Positions 27,884 to 37,120 of a DNA stretch of 46,522 nucleotides are shown here, one piece after another. Location: the IMG/VR virus record IMGVR_UViG_3300036833_000092, positions 1-46,522 of that record, one strand, 5' to 3'. Below the pieces are notes generated by a model that worked only from the letters and a program-made list of their open reading frames with translations, was not told the origin of the DNA and made no database searches. Both the position numbers and the translations under genes were made by a program. Position 1 is the first letter of the stretch, and each line of letters opens with the position of its first letter. This DNA is from a virus (lineage: Duplodnaviria; Caudoviricetes).

Positions 27884-28758
27884 TACTGGCCTATACGCTC
27901 AAGTACTGAGCCAAACGACGTTAGCGTGCCGGCAGCAGTGGCCCACGCAGCCGTTAGCTCGATGGTGCCAGCAACGGAAAGGTTCGCCGGAGTCGAGGCA
28001 TTCTGGCCGGCGAGCCCAGCCGTAGAGTTGCCGCTGCTTCCTCCGCAAGCGCTTAGGTTAGCTCCATAGACCGAAATCCCAGCCTTGGTAATTACCTCGA
28101 CTGCCCCTGATGCCCCAGGAGTACCAACAAAGATATCAGATACGTGCCACCAGCAGAAGTTAGATGACAACGGTAGCATAGCACTACCGACTCTAATTTC
28201 AGCCCAGTTTAGCCCAAATGCCGAAAGCATGAAGTTCAATGAACATGCAACCGAAGCCCAGACTCCACTACCGCCTGAACTTAGACGGTATATTGTACCG
28301 GCAATAGCATTGTTGGCGGGAATCGGCCATGACTTGCTTAGCTGATACCAGTTTGTAGTAGATACAGTAGTCACCACGTAGTTGGTGGCATCACCCTGGT
28401 TGGCGGGGATAGCAGAAGGCGACTGCTGGGCCAATAGCCCCATAACTCCAGCCGATACAGTCTGGGCTATAGTAAACCCAGCCGTATGTGCCACGACCGC
28501 TCCCTCGGCTCCGCGTGTGACAGTTAGGGTAGTGCCGCTAAGATTGGTCCCCAGCATTATCTCGCTCGGTAGCGCCACGTCATAGAAGTGGAACTGACTC
28601 GGCGGCGAGCCTGCGTTACTTACCGGCGGCAACTGGGCGTACCCTCCTGCTAGCGTCCACGTCTCGACAGTACCGGCCGTTGGAGTAGTCGTGCCGCCGG
28701 AAGAAACAGTGACCGGCGTTGTGGGCGGATTGGCGAATAGCTCGATGACCGCTGACAT
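27883..28758 (-). CDS. Putative virion fibre protein
   Basis: LTVTRGAEG...AHTAG motif seen in phage fibre proteins. Confidence 0.6.
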   Translation of the reverse strand: MSAVIELFANPPTTPVTVSSGGTTTPTAGTVETWTLAGGYAQLPPVSNAGSPPSQFHFYDVALPSEIMLGTNLSGTTLTVTRGAEGAVVAHTAGFTIAQTVSAGVMGLLAQQSPSAIPANQGDATNYVVTTVSTTNWYQLSKSWPIPANNAIAGTIYRLSSGGSGVWASVACSLNFMLSAFGLNWAEIRVGSAMLPLSSNFCWWHVSDIFVGTPGASGAVEVITKAGISVYGANLSACGGSSGNSTAGLAGQNASTPANLSVAGTIELTAAWATAAGTLTSFGSVLERIGQ

Positions 28759-28760
28759 GG

Positions 28761-29039
28761 CTACAACCTCACTGGTTCAGTCATTCTCTCCAATAGCACC
28801 AGGCTCATACCTCCGCGCTCAGCACACTCTTTACATATGGCCATTCCGGACGCCGCGAGCGCCGCGTGTACCGGACACAGCCATACCTGGCGCGTATGCT
28901 GGATCACTCCGCACACGCGCCGGTATAGGCTCGCTGGCGTAGCTCCGCAAACATCATGCGGCCCAGTCAGCGCACTACACGGGTTCATGCGAAGTATGCC
29001 TAGGTCTGGAACAGCCAGCTCCAGTTGTTGGATCGCCAC
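28761..29039 (-). CDS. Cys-rich hypothetical protein
   Basis: Tiles the operon. Confidence 0.45.
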   Translation of the reverse strand: MAIQQLELAVPDLGILRMNPCSALTGPHDVCGATPASLYRRVCGVIQHTRQVWLCPVHAALAASGMAICKECAERGGMSLVLLERMTEPVRL

Positions 29040-29051
29040 CTCACACCTGGC

Positions 29052-29516
29052 CTATACCTGACAGATAAAGCCGACGCCAGCCGATCCAGTTCCGGCCGCA
29101 GCCTGCAGCGAGTCGCCGATGGCCGGCGTACGCGAAGAGGCGAGCAAGAACGCTGCTATGGTGTTCGCAGCCGTACCGGACACCGCGTTGCAGCATATGC
29201 CCCAGTTACACGTACCAGGCGCGCTGGTGAACGGTCCCCATGTCATCAGGGCCGTATTCCAGATCTGGGACGGAGACGCGGCAGTGGGCACGGTCGGCCC
29301 GTAGTTCTGCCTCGCGTATCCGCTCGCGGTCGCGTACTCGTTGATCGTTGCCCCGGCCATGGTGGTCTCTGTAGACTGGAGCACACCGGAAGTTGCCGCC
29401 GTAGAGAGCGCCATGTAGGTGGCCGCAGCCGCTGGGCTTTGTAGCTTCAGGAACACGGCGTTAAGCGCCTGAACCTCCGCGTACTGGAATAGCTGGCCTG
29501 CCGATAGAAGTGTCAC
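29052..29516 (-). CDS. Virion structural protein (fibre/spike base-like)
   Basis: YMALST...GYARQ...GDSLQ pattern common in phage fibre-base proteins. Confidence 0.6.
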   Translation of the reverse strand: MTLLSAGQLFQYAEVQALNAVFLKLQSPAAAATYMALSTAATSGVLQSTETTMAGATINEYATASGYARQNYGPTVPTAASPSQIWNTALMTWGPFTSAPGTCNWGICCNAVSGTAANTIAAFLLASSRTPAIGDSLQAAAGTGSAGVGFICQV

Positions 29517-29517
29517 G

Positions 29518-29841
29518 TCACGCCTCCTGGAAATGCTCGTTGAATATGTCAGGGTCGACTGTCGTCATGCGGTCGATGCCCTTGGAGTCGGTCCAGTTGA
29601 TGATGGGCCAGCCAGAGTCCTCGTCGAGAGCGAACAGAGTTACCTCGGCCCCATCTGGAAGGTCCAGCTCCTTCATCTCGGCGGTAAGTTCACTGCCCCT
29701 GGCCATGTGGCCAAAACCACGGCCGTCCTCGTCGCCATATGCGTAGATGTGACCGACCATTAGATTAGCCACCGGCTTGCCGCGTCCCGTCTCGCGAACT
29801 GGCTTGTCATAGCCAGAGTGACGGCCGTCGTTAGTTGCCAT
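29518..29841 (-). CDS. Hypothetical protein
   Basis: GGAGG RBS; tiles the operon. Confidence 0.6.
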   Translation of the reverse strand: MATNDGRHSGYDKPVRETGRGKPVANLMVGHIYAYGDEDGRGFGHMARGSELTAEMKELDLPDGAEVTLFALDEDSGWPIINWTDSKGIDRMTTVDPDIFNEHFQEA

Positions 29842-30125
29842 TACTGCCCTCCACTTTCATTTGACCCGCCGATGGAGCCGTCCGAGTTCCAGTTATCAGG
29901 AATGTGACTGGTCGCGCCTAGCTCGCGAGCCCGCCTCATGATATAGCGGCGGACTACGGCGTGATCGCCCTTAGCACGGCCGACCGCCTTGATAGCCTTG
30001 TCGAGGTACGCGACGTTTGGTATCGGGAAGCGAGGTGCGCCGCCCGACTTTGATGGAATTGCCTTGCCCTGCGCGCCTAGCCGCTTCCTGCCTGCCACAG
30101 TCTCAGGCGCTGGTGTAGTAGTCAC
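29841..30125 (-). CDS. Basic head-associated protein
   Basis: RFPI...AIKAVGRAK...IMRRARELG...IPDNW domain; start revised to GTG 30125 after GGAGG. Confidence 0.55.
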   Translation of the reverse strand: MTTTPAPETVAGRKRLGAQGKAIPSKSGGAPRFPIPNVAYLDKAIKAVGRAKGDHAVVRRYIMRRARELGATSHIPDNWNSDGSIGGSNESGGQ

Positions 30126-30127
30126 GG

Positions 30128-30910
30128 TTACCTCCAGTACTCTTCCCATGCAGCTCGAGCTGCAGAACCCGACTTGCCTTTCGTCACTTTAGCCCAGTCC
30201 GCGCTCAGGGCTGCGTTTAGCGGGGCCTGAGTATGATATACCGGCTGGGCAACACAATGGCAGTAATCATGTGAATGAAACTTTGTGTCCTTCGCTTTGT
30301 ATGGTCCCCGCGCTGCGTACATCGAGCAATAGCTACAGGCATCGGCATCTAGTACATACTCCCAGCCTCGCGCGTGCGGATCGCGCGGAAGCGCCCCAAT
30401 GACAGTATCCCGGCCTCCCATAAGGGCAAATCGTGCAGCGGCCCCGCTCAGGAGATTCCGCGCGATAACTGAAGCATCGCTAGGGCTTAGCTTCTGCTTA
30501 TTAAGCTGATGATAGAACGAACCATTGGCCAGGCTACCGCACAGATTGCTAAGGTACTGCCTATCCAGGGCAGAAGGTGTTACCCTGACCAGGCCATGCC
30601 CGTCGATATGGTGAGTATTGCGGTAGAACCGCGAGGCGCTAGCGGCCGATGCCCGGTAATGCTGCCCTATGACACCCTTGATATCCGGGCTAATGTCATA
30701 CCAGCTAGCCGAGAACTGCTCGGGATGTATATAAGCATCCCACAGACGCCGTACGACATGAGTAACCTGGCGCCCGATTGCCTTCTGTTCCTGCTGGTAC
30801 CTGGCCCTGATAAGGCTTAGCGGGTCGCCGGTCGCCGCGAGCCCTCCCGGCGTGCCGCTGGCCGGTGACGGGGACGGGCTAGGAACCGTTAGCGCCGGGG
30901 GATAGGCCAT
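30128..30910 (-). CDS. MuF-like minor head / capsid maturation protein
   Basis: GGRDT...ACSYCSMYAARG...HDYCHC. Confidence 0.75.
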   Translation of the reverse strand: MAYPPALTVPSPSPSPASGTPGGLAATGDPLSLIRARYQQEQKAIGRQVTHVVRRLWDAYIHPEQFSASWYDISPDIKGVIGQHYRASAASASRFYRNTHHIDGHGLVRVTPSALDRQYLSNLCGSLANGSFYHQLNKQKLSPSDASVIARNLLSGAAARFALMGGRDTVIGALPRDPHARGWEYVLDADACSYCSMYAARGPYKAKDTKFHSHDYCHCVAQPVYHTQAPLNAALSADWAKVTKGKSGSAARAAWEEYWR

Positions 30911-30915
30911 CGGTA

Positions 30916-31422
30916 CTACCCCCTACGTTTCGAGGGCTTAGATTCGCGCCCCGACATTATGCGCTTTTCCGAAGAAAGCGCTCCATTAAATGCACAGCGA
31001 CACACAATGCCGCAAAATCTTTGTTTTCTTCCTGGTCTCCTGGACTCAAATAGTTTCCCGCATAGCTCGCACACACTGAGTCTTTTTGGAGGTTTGCAAC
31101 TATATTGGATTGGAGGACTAGGAACGCCATATCCGATACATTCGCGACGCTCTTGGATCCATATCCTGCATTCATCCATATTGTCAAATATATTATCGCT
31201 CTTGATGCCGTTACAAATATGGCATGAAGCTGCCCAATTATTTTCAGGGTTGGCCCTGAGATATGAGTAAGGAACCATATGATCCCATTCAAGCCTGATA
31301 TACTCCGGCTCGCCGTATCTGTATACGACTTCATCAAGAGGAATAAAGCAGTATAGACAACATCCACGTTGCGCTATCAAAATGCTAACTTTAGTTTCAC
31401 AGTCTGGCTGCCTTCTGTCCAT
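30916..31422 (-). CDS. HNH endonuclease
   Basis: CLYC...WDHMVP...NWAASCHICNGIK; AGGAG RBS before ATG 31422; AT-richer than flanks. Confidence 0.85.
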   Translation of the reverse strand: MDRRQPDCETKVSILIAQRGCCLYCFIPLDEVVYRYGEPEYIRLEWDHMVPYSYLRANPENNWAASCHICNGIKSDNIFDNMDECRIWIQERRECIGYGVPSPPIQYSCKPPKRLSVCELCGKLFESRRPGRKQRFCGIVCRCAFNGALSSEKRIMSGRESKPSKRRG

Positions 31423-31466
31423 AACTCCTATTCTACCGGAGAGCGCCGGTCTCGCGCTATACGGGA

Positions 31467-33059
31467 TCATGCCGGTGTACCTGGAGGCTGAACAGGCGGA
31501 GCCTGGGTAGGCAGGCTACCTGCTGGCTGCGTAGGGAGAGGTACGCTGCTGGGCTGAGGCGGTGCTGAACCAGGAGGTAGTGCTCCTGCAGCACCAGGCG
31601 TTTGCTGGGCTGCGGCCTGGACGGCGAACTGGATAGCCGACTGTATGGCAGCCTGGGCCTGCTCTTCCTGCCGGGCCTCTAGCCAGGCGTTGACATCGTC
31701 GGCAGTAGCACCGGGGATGAAGCGCCATAGTTCCTCAACCGGGACACCGAGCATCTGCGCGGCCTTGCCGAGCCCGTCGATGGTCGCCGCGAAGGCCCTG
31801 GCGCTGGTATCGCGCCACATGACCTGAGCGTTGGTATCGTTCCAGATACCCTTGTCGCTCGCGGCGAGTCCAGTCAGCCGACGCACGTTGCGCCAAGGGT
31901 CGGTAAGCAGAGCCTGAAGCTCATTGACCTTCCGGTCGAGCCCATCCCGCGCGGCTGCCAGGGCTTCGGCACTGAGGTTGGCGACCTGTCCTAGCAGATG
32001 GTACGGCGGGACCTGGGTAATGGTAGCCATGTGCCTGATATCCGACTCGCGGACATCGATGTACGGTTCCAGCCTGGTTTCCTGGAAATCACCGAACCGG
32101 GTAGCCGGGTCTTCAGCAGCCCATACCCTGTCGACGCCCGGCCGGAATGGTGCAGGCTCACGGCCGCTCTCGTCGGACGGCGCCATACCAGTTATCCAGC
32201 GCTGGCGGAACGCCTGGAACTGCTCGGCCATCATTAGGTTGAACGTGCTAAAGTTGATCTGGTCCTGGATCGGCATGATCGGCTCGATTTCGCCAGAGCA
32301 GTCCGTCTCGCCGTCCAGGTCTATCTCGTACAGGAACCGTACCACAGGGCAGACGCCGAGGTCATGCGATGCTATCGGGTCCTGCCCGTTGAGATTGGGG
32401 TCAAGTGGATCGGCCATCGTAAGATTGATAACGCCGTCCGGCGTCGATACACCAGGCTGGCTCATCATGATATAGCGCGTTGACTCGTCGTACAACGTTA
32501 TCATGATCTGCTTCTTGCCATTGGTCGCGTTGGCCACTACCCGGACCTCGACCGCAACCTGTGGCCACTCATCGTCAACGTCATCGGCGTAGAATGCCGT
32601 CATCCGCCGAGGGCTTACCGGCCTGATAAGAGGAACGTTCTGCGGCTGCTCGTTGTCGGTCGATAGCTCGCCCGGCAGCACTACTACGTACGCCGCTCCA
32701 TACTTGATGACTGACCGGTGAACGCCATGCTGCCTAGAGATCATGCGGTTGGCCCGGAATGAATCCCAGGAGACATCTGTTGTCTGCGTATTGGCGGTTT
32801 CAATTGTCGTCTGTCCCGAGGGCTTAAACCCGTCAACATGCAGGTTCTGCGAGATGACCGAGGTAATCAGCGGCAGGAAGTTGCGCTTGCCCTTTTTCAT
32901 GATCCAACGATACTCAGAGTTGACCCCACGCGGCGCGTAAGGCGGGTCGTGTCTGCCCCTGATATACTTGCTGATCCGGACAAGCCGAGTTTGTTCCATG
33001 GTACGCAGCTGGAGAACCTGGTTGGCAATAGTTGTCACGTCACCTGGGTCAATTATCAA
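31467..33059 (-). CDS. Portal protein (SPP1 gp6-like)
   Basis: HDLGVCPVVRF, QAFRQRWITG and ANLSAEAL. Confidence 0.92.
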   Translation of the reverse strand: MIIDPGDVTTIANQVLQLRTMEQTRLVRISKYIRGRHDPPYAPRGVNSEYRWIMKKGKRNFLPLITSVISQNLHVDGFKPSGQTTIETANTQTTDVSWDSFRANRMISRQHGVHRSVIKYGAAYVVVLPGELSTDNEQPQNVPLIRPVSPRRMTAFYADDVDDEWPQVAVEVRVVANATNGKKQIMITLYDESTRYIMMSQPGVSTPDGVINLTMADPLDPNLNGQDPIASHDLGVCPVVRFLYEIDLDGETDCSGEIEPIMPIQDQINFSTFNLMMAEQFQAFRQRWITGMAPSDESGREPAPFRPGVDRVWAAEDPATRFGDFQETRLEPYIDVRESDIRHMATITQVPPYHLLGQVANLSAEALAAARDGLDRKVNELQALLTDPWRNVRRLTGLAASDKGIWNDTNAQVMWRDTSARAFAATIDGLGKAAQMLGVPVEELWRFIPGATADDVNAWLEARQEEQAQAAIQSAIQFAVQAAAQQTPGAAGALPPGSAPPQPSSVPLPTQPAGSLPTQAPPVQPPGTPA

Positions 33060-34723
33060 CTGAAGCTCCAGATAGTTCGCTTAGATGGCGATGCTGCCTT
33101 TTCCTTCTGCTCTCTGTACTTCTTGCTAGCAAGTACGAGCCTACGCGCGTGCCTGGCTATAATCATGGATACACAGCCGTCAATCTTGTGAGGCGACTTC
33201 GGTGCTTCCTTGCTTATGCTTATGCCCCAGCGGTTGGGCCGTCTCCGCGCGTTGGCAACATGACGGCCTAGTATGCTATCGCCGTCATGGATGAATCCGA
33301 ACGGGTTGGACTCAATCTCGGACAGCACCATCTCGCACGCCTGAGTAAACTCTCCCGTATGCGAGCGCATATCCCAGGCTACCGGCTGCGGATCACGACC
33401 GCCAGGAACCGACCAGATTGATAGGGTATCATCTTCTGTGAATAGAGCACGCCAGGAAATCTTGGTTGACTCTTCCCACTCGTTGACATCCGCAAAGAAG
33501 GCCCGCACATTCCAGCGATCCCTTGCGGCCCGGACTGTATCGTCTACCTCTTCGATAGGGATTCCACGCCTGCCGCCGTCCGTCTCCCAGATTCCAATGG
33601 TGAACACGAAGCCGGTCTCGATATGACAGCCGATGAGAGCGGTAGAGTCATTGATACGCGAGCCGTCGAATCCTAGCGCGATGTCATCCTCATCGTCAAT
33701 CCTGAACTCTGGGTCTGCCATACGCGCCCATAGCTGCGGAGTGGTCCAGGCGTCATCGGGCGACGTCGGCCAGTTCAGGTAGAATCGCTTGGATATGTCC
33801 AGCTTGGTCTTAGGGGAAAGTATGCGATTCTGCACGATGTCATCGGCGTCAACCCAGTATGCGTCACCATAAGCGTAAGTGACTCCGCGCTCAATGGATT
33901 TATCATTCTCAAAGTCGATGTCAGGAGGCGCCATACGCGCATCATACAGAATACGGCCGCGACCGCGCAGCCTGCCCTCTTCCTGGGCCACCCAAGCATC
34001 AAAAGTAGATTCAGCAATGGATTCCCTTCCTGGCTCCCAGGCGTTGCTCGTCTCAACGAGCCTGTTGCCTCTCTTACCTACGTTACGCTCTAGCACCTCG
34101 GACAGTTTCACGCCGCCGTTGTTAGGCAAGAAGCTCTCTGTCTGGTCAAGGATGGCAAATGTGACGAGCGCGCCCTCTTCAGTGGTCGGGCTACTTGTTA
34201 TGATCATAAGCTGGCCGCCGCCGGGAACATGGAAGACAGTCTTGCCGGTCTCCATGTCATAGTCGTCGCGGATACGCGAGCGCTTAGGCAGCATAGCCTG
34301 GATCATGCGCATCGTGTTAATGTTCGCCTGGTCCTGGCTCGTCGCCGCGATCTGGACGAGAGGCATGCTAACCGGACGGCCGATACAGCCGCCGATCATC
34401 CGGTTGTCGAAATGGTCGAGGCGTACCGGCGCGAGCAGCTCGATCAGCGCCATGACCGCGGCGAACGGCGATTTGCCTGCACCCTTTGGATAGCGCCGCA
34501 CGCCGTGATAGAACATCCAGCGGCCTAGCTCATCGAGAGCGTACCACCATAGCAGGAACCTTACCTGGCTCTCGATGAACTCCCAGCGGTCCCCCGCGTA
34601 CTCGCCGTCTGGCTGTCGAAGGTACTTGGAGGCCCAGTGTATAGCCTCCCATCCAAGGGTTAGCTCTGGTACACCGTCTGGCAGGGTTACCGTCCGGTCG
34701 CGCGGAGCTACCCGATTGCTCAC
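33056..34723 (-). CDS. terL: Terminase large subunit
   Basis: Walker A PKGAGKSP; LGFDGS and KIDG nuclease motifs; start revised to GTG 34723. Confidence 0.93.
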   Translation of the reverse strand: MSNRVAPRDRTVTLPDGVPELTLGWEAIHWASKYLRQPDGEYAGDRWEFIESQVRFLLWWYALDELGRWMFYHGVRRYPKGAGKSPFAAVMALIELLAPVRLDHFDNRMIGGCIGRPVSMPLVQIAATSQDQANINTMRMIQAMLPKRSRIRDDYDMETGKTVFHVPGGGQLMIITSSPTTEEGALVTFAILDQTESFLPNNGGVKLSEVLERNVGKRGNRLVETSNAWEPGRESIAESTFDAWVAQEEGRLRGRGRILYDARMAPPDIDFENDKSIERGVTYAYGDAYWVDADDIVQNRILSPKTKLDISKRFYLNWPTSPDDAWTTPQLWARMADPEFRIDDEDDIALGFDGSRINDSTALIGCHIETGFVFTIGIWETDGGRRGIPIEEVDDTVRAARDRWNVRAFFADVNEWEESTKISWRALFTEDDTLSIWSVPGGRDPQPVAWDMRSHTGEFTQACEMVLSEIESNPFGFIHDGDSILGRHVANARRRPNRWGISISKEAPKSPHKIDGCVSMIIARHARRLVLASKKYREQKEKAASPSKRTIWSFS

Positions 34724-34818
34724 GGCACGCGTGGCCCTCCGCGTACGATACCGATGAGGCAGTAAACGGCAATGACGATTACTGCCACAACAATTATCCA
34801 AGCCTGTGTCTGAGTCAT
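34720..34818 (-). CDS. Small membrane peptide (MTQTQAWIIVVAVIVIAVYCLIGIVRGGPRVP)
   Basis: Read manually; GGAGG RBS; GTGA overlap with terL. Confidence 0.6.
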   Translation of the reverse strand: MTQTQAWIIVVAVIVIAVYCLIGIVRGGPRVP

Positions 34819-34826
34819 TGTTCCTC

Positions 34827-35330
34827 CTACGGTCTCGCTGCCGCCTGGGCTGCCTGGCGCTGGAGTATGCCTATCAACTGCGCCCTCGACTGGCCGGACT
34901 GGGCCCGTACTCCCCTAGTGTTTAGTTTGCCCTGGACAGGCCTCAGCGTAGCCCGCTGCCTTGCTGACGCCTGAGATGCCGCCCTCGTGCCGGCAGCCGC
35001 CGACTGCTTCGCCTGCGTAGCCGACTTCTTGGCCGCTGCTGCTTGTGCCCTGATAATCTCCCTAGCCTTGGCTAGCACCCTCGCGTACATGATCTGCTGC
35101 GGCGTCGGTTTACCTGTGGCCGACTTGACAGTCATCTCCTTGGAGATGATAGCCAGAGCAGCTTTCCACGTTGCAGGCGGAATACCAGGAGGTGCCTTGC
35201 CAGTATTCGACGGAAGCGCTGCGGATTTCTTGCTAGTGGTCTTGACAGCCGCAGTCTTCTGCTGTGCGCCGCCTGCCGCCCAGCGCCCGTGCGCCTCGCG
35301 TAGCTCGTTCTGGCTAGAGATCAGGGTCAT
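34827..35330 (-). CDS. Basic Ala/Lys/Gln-rich protein
   Basis: ELREAHGRW N-terminal motif; ATGA overlap. Confidence 0.6.
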   Translation of the reverse strand: MTLISSQNELREAHGRWAAGGAQQKTAAVKTTSKKSAALPSNTGKAPPGIPPATWKAALAIISKEMTVKSATGKPTPQQIMYARVLAKAREIIRAQAAAAKKSATQAKQSAAAGTRAASQASARQRATLRPVQGKLNTRGVRAQSGQSRAQLIGILQRQAAQAAARP

Positions 35331-35617
35331 GGCGATGCGCTGACTACCACACCTACTGGCGCGCCGCCGGTACCGAGAGCAGTGACATTTGCCCGTATTG
35401 CGCGCGCCCTGACGTTCAGGCCAGCGACGGCCCAGTTAGGCCCGGTTGCCACGTCCGCGTCGGTCCAGGCCAGGACATCCGGGCTCGTCTGGAGGTGAGC
35501 CACGGCGTCGACAGGCCCTGACAACTTCATTGCGAAGTGGCCGAACGTGTTGCCTACTCCTGCGTCGATGGGAGTCGTCGCGCCGATCGCTGCTACTTGG
35601 GATGACTGTATTGGCAT
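35327..35617 (-). CDS. Small beta-rich hypothetical (possible virion) protein
   Basis: Tiles the operon. Confidence 0.55.
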   Translation of the reverse strand: MPIQSSQVAAIGATTPIDAGVGNTFGHFAMKLSGPVDAVAHLQTSPDVLAWTDADVATGPNWAVAGLNVRARAIRANVTALGTGGAPVGVVVSASP

Positions 35618-35619
35618 TG

Positions 35620-36072
35620 CTACTCCACTACATGTAGGCGGCCATGCCAGTCCAGTACGGCCGCGTCTGCTGCTTCCTCGTCTTCATCGGTCGGGTCTGG
35701 CTCTTCCAGCTCGATACGCGAGCGCTTGCGGTCGGTGATGGTGCAACCAAGGCGCTCAGATAGGCGCACGAACTGGGCGAACACTGAGGCGTTGTATGTA
35801 CGCAGGAAGACGTCATATGCGCCAGCTGCCGCAACCGCGGTGGCCCAGTCGCTGGGCTCGTAGAACTCGGATTGCCCCGACAGCTTGAGAGACCGGAACC
35901 AGCTCTGTGCCTCCGGCTTCCACTTTGGGTTGACGCCGGGGATGGGCAATCCCTCGCGCGTAGTCGATACCCCGCGCGCGACCTGAATGTAACGCGGGTC
36001 GTCTGCAGGGCCGGTCGGACGGCCGACCCTCTGATTGGGCCTCTTGGCCCTGTTATTCCTGCTCTGCACCAT
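35620..36072 (-). CDS. terS: Terminase small subunit
   Basis: WFRSLKLSGQSEFYEPSDW...LGCTITDRKRSRIEL pattern of actinophage TerS. Confidence 0.85.
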   Translation of the reverse strand: MVQSRNNRAKRPNQRVGRPTGPADDPRYIQVARGVSTTREGLPIPGVNPKWKPEAQSWFRSLKLSGQSEFYEPSDWATAVAAAGAYDVFLRTYNASVFAQFVRLSERLGCTITDRKRSRIELEEPDPTDEDEEAADAAVLDWHGRLHVVE

Positions 36073-36242
36073 TGCCGTGTCTCCTGGTGCAACCCGGCAG
36101 GGTTGCTTGCACTATGTCCTAGGGCGGCACACAACCTTTGCCGGGCTGCACACCAGAATTGCTTTACAGGACGGTTCACCTCCTCCTGCCAGCCTAGTCT
36201 ACCGGAGGAAGCCGGGCGGGCGCTAGCCCCGCGCTCGCGGGC

Positions 36243-36851
36243 CTAGATGACCCTGGTCTTGAGGTGCCCGACTCTCGTGGCCGTGTCTACAAACAAGCTG
36301 AATCCTGCGTCAGCGAGGCGCATACAGAAAGTAATGTCCTCGCCTATCATTATGTCGCCCATCGGCATACACTGAAACCACTGGGATGCGCGATTGGGGA
36401 AGCGCTTCTCAATCTCAAGGTAGACATCGCGATGTACTAGCAAGGCTCCGGCGCCAACGGCATCTACCTGAATACATTCGCCAAACGGCCAGTCGGCGAT
36501 GGACTGGAACATGCCAAACGCAGTTGCTGTATCAGCGATGCGCCGGTACATCATGGGGAATGGAGACTGGCCGTTGACGTACATCAGTCCGCTGATGGCT
36601 TGCTTGCCAAAGGATGTCAGCCTTTCAATCACATTTGGCGCGAAGACAGTGTCTGTGTCGCACATGTATAGCCAGTCACGTCCTGAGTCTAGGAAGGCCC
36701 GCACGAGCCGGTTGCGCCCATCAGAAACATAGACACCAGGGTCTTCATCCAGAACCAGGGCATCCTCGTATGCCTCGGCCTCACGTACTGCCTTCATGAA
36801 CCTCGCGTGGACCATTTCGCCGTGGACGTAACCTATAGCAACTGTACTCAT
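36243..36851 (-). CDS. Glycosyltransferase (GT-A / family 2-like)
   Basis: RNRLV, DTD (DxD), VGAGALLVHR, GEDITFC and VGHLK; start revised to ATG 36851. Confidence 0.85.
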   Translation of the reverse strand: MSTVAIGYVHGEMVHARFMKAVREAEAYEDALVLDEDPGVYVSDGRNRLVRAFLDSGRDWLYMCDTDTVFAPNVIERLTSFGKQAISGLMYVNGQSPFPMMYRRIADTATAFGMFQSIADWPFGECIQVDAVGAGALLVHRDVYLEIEKRFPNRASQWFQCMPMGDIMIGEDITFCMRLADAGFSLFVDTATRVGHLKTRVI

Positions 36852-36857
36852 GCGTCT

Positions 36858-36886
36858 AGTATAGCTTACGCGAGCTTGATAGTCTA
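36858..36886 (-). promoter_or_regulatory. Sigma70-type promoter giving a leaderless transcript
   Basis: TAGACT-17 bp-TATACT, then 6 nt to ATG 36851. Confidence 0.65.
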
Positions 36887-37120
36887 GCTGCATGCGATTG
36901 CAAAACTTGGCCCGCAGTTTTGAACAACCCCTGCTTCGCCGGTCCCAGTTGTGCGCATGCACTGGGGTCCACCCCCACCCGACTGCAGATGGCTGTAGTC
37001 GACCGTCGCTGACCGCGCCCGACTGCGGCCGGCTGGCGTCGACGCGAAGGCCGCCCTCCTGGTCGACGGCGGTCGACTACATCCGAGGGCCGCCGACTGC
37101 CGACGCCTGCGCTGGACTCT

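Noticed and set aside
26304-28025. Long plus-strand ORFs (26304-26765, 27108-28025)
   Set aside because: Antisense shadows of the Ser/Ala repeat gene
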